NCBI GenBank assembly: GCA_050950285.1 | Contig: JBMNHG010000008.1 | Location: 806,001 to 834,503 of the forward strand | Length of the DNA stretch: 28,503 nt | From: Kiritimatiellia bacterium | Lineage (GTDB): Bacteria > Verrucomicrobiota > Kiritimatiellia > RFP12 > JBMNHG01 | Reading direction: 5' to 3' | Part shown: positions 26,021 through 28,503 of the stretch, in pieces | How positions within the stretch are numbered: position 1 is the first letter of the stretch | Layout: every line of letters starts with the position of its first letter | Position numbers and translations under genes: made by a program | Notes under the pieces: model-generated | Seen by the model: the letters and a program-made list of their open reading frames with translations, nothing else | Told to the model about the DNA's origin: nothing | Databases searched by the model: none

Positions 26021-27763
26021 TTACATGGAAACGCCCTTGTTGTTCCGCCAGCAGGCGTGGTCCGCCTCGAGCAGTTGGAAGGCTTTGGCCTGGAAGGCGT
26101 TGGGCATCGTGTCGCGGGTAAAGCGCACGGCGGTTCTGCCTTCTCCGAAACAGCATGTGTTGCGCACCTGTGTCGATAGCGCGCCAAGCAGCCCGTCCCA
26201 GCGCCGGAGCCGCAGTCCGTCAGTGGTGCGTTTCCGGGCGCGCTTGCGCTTGAGGTTTTCCGAGGGCTGCGCCTTGGCGACGGGATCGCGGCTGGCGCGG
26301 GCGGCTTCCAGTTCCTCGTCGGCGTAGAGCAGCGGGGCCAGGGCCTGGCGCATGTGCCATTCCACGTAATAGGCGAGCATGCACAGCAGCACGTGCGCGC
26401 GCACGCGGTCCTCCAGACGGTGGTAGATCGGGCGGACGAGCAGATCGACGCCCTTGAAGGTCCTGAAGGCCTGCTCGACGTCGCCCAGGCTCTTGTAGGC
26501 GCGCACCGCGTCCTCTGCGGAAAGCGACTCGGGCGTCTCGCTGGTGCGCACGACGTAGATGCCGTCCAGGGCGGCCTCGCGGGCGATGGATTCCGTGTCG
26601 CGCTCCCAGCCGAAGTGGTTGTCGGCGATGTCCAGCCTGAAGTGCTTGGCGACCTTGTAGCGGTTGATCACGCGTCCCGCCCTGACGCCGATCTCGGCTG
26701 CCGTCAGGGGCTTCTTCCTCCGGCGCCCCACATGGTCGCGCAGCCTGGCGAGCTCCTTCTCGGTGGACTCCAGCAGTTCGCCGCGCACGCGGGCGCGGTC
26801 CATCGCCAGCACCGGGTTGTAGCAGGCCACCAGCCGCTCGCCGGGGAAGTCGGGATGGATGATCTCGGCCAGGTTGCCCTGCGTGAACAGCGGCGCACCG
26901 GAGGGATCGCGTGTCTCCAGCAGCCTGCGGATGTCCGAGCTTCGCAGGCAGGATATCCAGCCGCAGCCCTCCTGCTGCCGCAGACGGTCGATCTGCGTGT
27001 TCGTCAGCATGCCGCGGTCACCCACGAAGACGAACCGCGCTATGCCGAAGCCGCCGCGCAGCCGGTCGATCTGGTCCGGCACCGTCACCGGGTCGGCGGT
27101 GTCGCCGGGATACACCCGCACCGCGACCGGCCTGCCGTCGGTATCGGTCATAAGCCCGTAGACGATGCCGGGTAGCTTGAGGCCGTCGCGGTTGTAGCCG
27201 CGCTTTGCCAGGGGGCATTGCTTGCCGTAGTATGAGCTGCTGGACACGTCGTACAGGACTGTCGCCCCCTCTTCAAGGTGCCGCCCGGCCAGCTTGCGCT
27301 CGATGAAGGGCTGGCGGGCCGCGAGCCAGTCCATCGCCGCATAAAGGTCGTTCTCGTCCACGTCCTGCACGCCGAACTCCTGCGCGAGCGTGGAGTCCCC
27401 GAACAGGGAGACCGTCTCCAGCTTCGAGCCCGGCTCTATTATGCGCTGGGCTATCATCGCCAGCACGATGTCGCGCTCCGGGCAGGGCTTGGACGACACC
27501 AGATCCCGCATGCCGAGCCGGCTCATTGCCGTGCGGACGGCTCTGACGTGGCCGCATGGCAGGGATGACTCGACCTCGAAAAGGCTTTCGGCCTCCACAA
27601 GATGCTCGCCCTTGAGCGCCGCGCGCAGCGCCGCCACCGCCTCGGGCGGCAGCATCGACAGGTTGGCAAGCGTGCGCTTGACGGTGCGCCCGCCCTCGCG
27701 GCAGCTCTCGCGCAGCAGGACTGCGGGCGGGGATTTGCGGTTCGGCACGATGTCAATGTACAT
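26021..27763 (-). CDS. IS1634 family transposase (580 aa)
   Basis: MYIDIVPNRKSPPAVLLRES, TLANLS, LYAAMDWL, LYDVSSSSY, VGDRGM, DGIYVVRT, YKSLxxVExAFR...RPIYHRLEDRVRAHV. Confidence 0.93.
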   Translation of the reverse strand: MYIDIVPNRKSPPAVLLRESCREGGRTVKRTLANLSMLPPEAVAALRAALKGEHLVEAESLFEVESSLPCGHVRAVRTAMSRLGMRDLVSSKPCPERDIVLAMIAQRIIEPGSKLETVSLFGDSTLAQEFGVQDVDENDLYAAMDWLAARQPFIERKLAGRHLEEGATVLYDVSSSSYYGKQCPLAKRGYNRDGLKLPGIVYGLMTDTDGRPVAVRVYPGDTADPVTVPDQIDRLRGGFGIARFVFVGDRGMLTNTQIDRLRQQEGCGWISCLRSSDIRRLLETRDPSGAPLFTQGNLAEIIHPDFPGERLVACYNPVLAMDRARVRGELLESTEKELARLRDHVGRRRKKPLTAAEIGVRAGRVINRYKVAKHFRLDIADNHFGWERDTESIAREAALDGIYVVRTSETPESLSAEDAVRAYKSLGDVEQAFRTFKGVDLLVRPIYHRLEDRVRAHVLLCMLAYYVEWHMRQALAPLLYADEELEAARASRDPVAKAQPSENLKRKRARKRTTDGLRLRRWDGLLGALSTQVRNTCCFGEGRTAVRFTRDTMPNAFQAKAFQLLEADHACWRNNKGVSM

Positions 27764-27769
27764 GGGCTC

Positions 27770-27798
27770 ACTATAGCAGACCAGTCAGCCTCATGCAA
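27770..27798 (-). promoter_or_regulatory. Sigma70-type promoter for IS1634 transposase
   Basis: Minus strand TTGCAT-17 bp-TATAGT with extended -10 TG. ATG follows 6 nt later with no SD sequence. Confidence 0.6.
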
Positions 27799-28092
27799 GC
27801 GGAAAAACGGCATTTCGTCAAAAAAAGTTATTAACAATTACATGGGCGCAAATGGAACGGATTTTGCTGCCTTAGGGGTGCCGGAATGCCGCTAAATCAA
27901 GAAAATATGGCCGTTTCGGGCATGAAAGAGCCGCTGGAACTTCGGGTTAGGGTAAAGCAGTTGCCACAGCTTTACTGGACGCATATGCGATGTCGGATGT
28001 CGCAGCCAGGGGTGGCGATGAGGCGCAATTGCTTCGGAGGGGAACCAAAGCCGTTTATGAAAATGCCCTTGCACGGGTGACCGGCGCGCAAA

Positions 28093-28503
28093 TCAATAGG
28101 TCGCGGCGACTTTGCTCCAGGAGTCCCTGAGGGTGGAGGTCCGGTTGAAGACGGGCGCACCGGGTTTGGACTCGACGCTGTCGGCGCAGAAGTAGCCGAG
28201 GCGTTCGAACTGCACCACCTCGCCGGCGGGCGTCTCGGCCAGGGCGGGTTCGGCGAAGCAGGCCGTTTCCTGGCACGAGTCCGGGTTCAGGAACTCGCGG
28301 AAGTCGCGGGTGGCGTCGCCATCGGGGTCCGGCACGCTGAAGAGGCGGTCGTACAGGCGCACGGGGAGTTTGACCGCATGCCTGGTGCTGACCCAGTGGA
28401 TGGTGCCCCTCACCTTGCGTCCGTCGGGCGCGGTTCCGCCGAGCGACTGCGGGTCGTAGGTGCAGTGGATGGTGGCGATGGAGCCGTCGGGGTTTTTGTC
28501 CAC
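28093..28503 (-). CDS. glnS: Glutaminyl-tRNA synthetase, C-terminal anticodon-binding part (5' end outside window)
   Basis: IHCTYDPQS..G...DGRKVRGTIHWVS, VRLYDRLF, FLNPDS, QFERLGYFCAD and FNRT..LRD motifs of GlnRS. Confidence 0.95.
   Translation of the reverse strand: MDKNPDGSIATIHCTYDPQSLGGTAPDGRKVRGTIHWVSTRHAVKLPVRLYDRLFSVPDPDGDATRDFREFLNPDSCQETACFAEPALAETPAGEVVQFERLGYFCADSVESKPGAPVFNRTSTLRDSWSKVAATY

Larger units (their letters stand above)
25923..27950 (-). mobile_element. IS1634-family insertion sequence (~2.03 kb)
   Basis: Inverted repeats TTAGACCGAAGTTCCAGCG (25923-25941) and CGCTGGAACTTCGGGTTAG (27932-27950). Flanking direct repeat is GGT, or AGGGT at 25918-22 and 27949-53, so the exact ends are uncertain by 2 bp. 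Confidence 0.85.

Overview
GC-rich bacterial window, probably PVC superphylum (Kiritimatiellota/Verrucomicrobia-like, inferred from protein style only). The left two-thirds (1-18963) is an Rhs/YD-repeat polymorphic toxin locus. It starts with a giant Rhs gene (5' end outside the window, one +1 frameshift near 3060) ending in a DUF2235/Tle1-type phospholipase tip, followed by a lipoprotein immunity gene. Orphan modules follow: an SGNH-hydrolase fragment with a WG-repeat lipoprotein, an Rhs scaffold with a clan CD His-Cys protease-like tip, and a short decayed Rhs fragment. Three copies of one ~1.93 kb group II intron (RT/maturase, no endonuclease) lie in the orphan array. Copies 1 and 2 follow the same Rhs motif (D-N-I-G-N, GGYA|) and copies 2 and 3 are fused head-to-tail. 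The exons flanking copy 1 come from two different Rhs positions about 154 codons apart yet splice in frame, which suggests intron-mediated shuffling of toxin tips (or mis-assembly at the repeats). The right third holds a repeat-rich intergenic region, a BspA/LRR_5 surface protein gene split by an IS630 element, an IS1634-family element and the 3' end of glnS.
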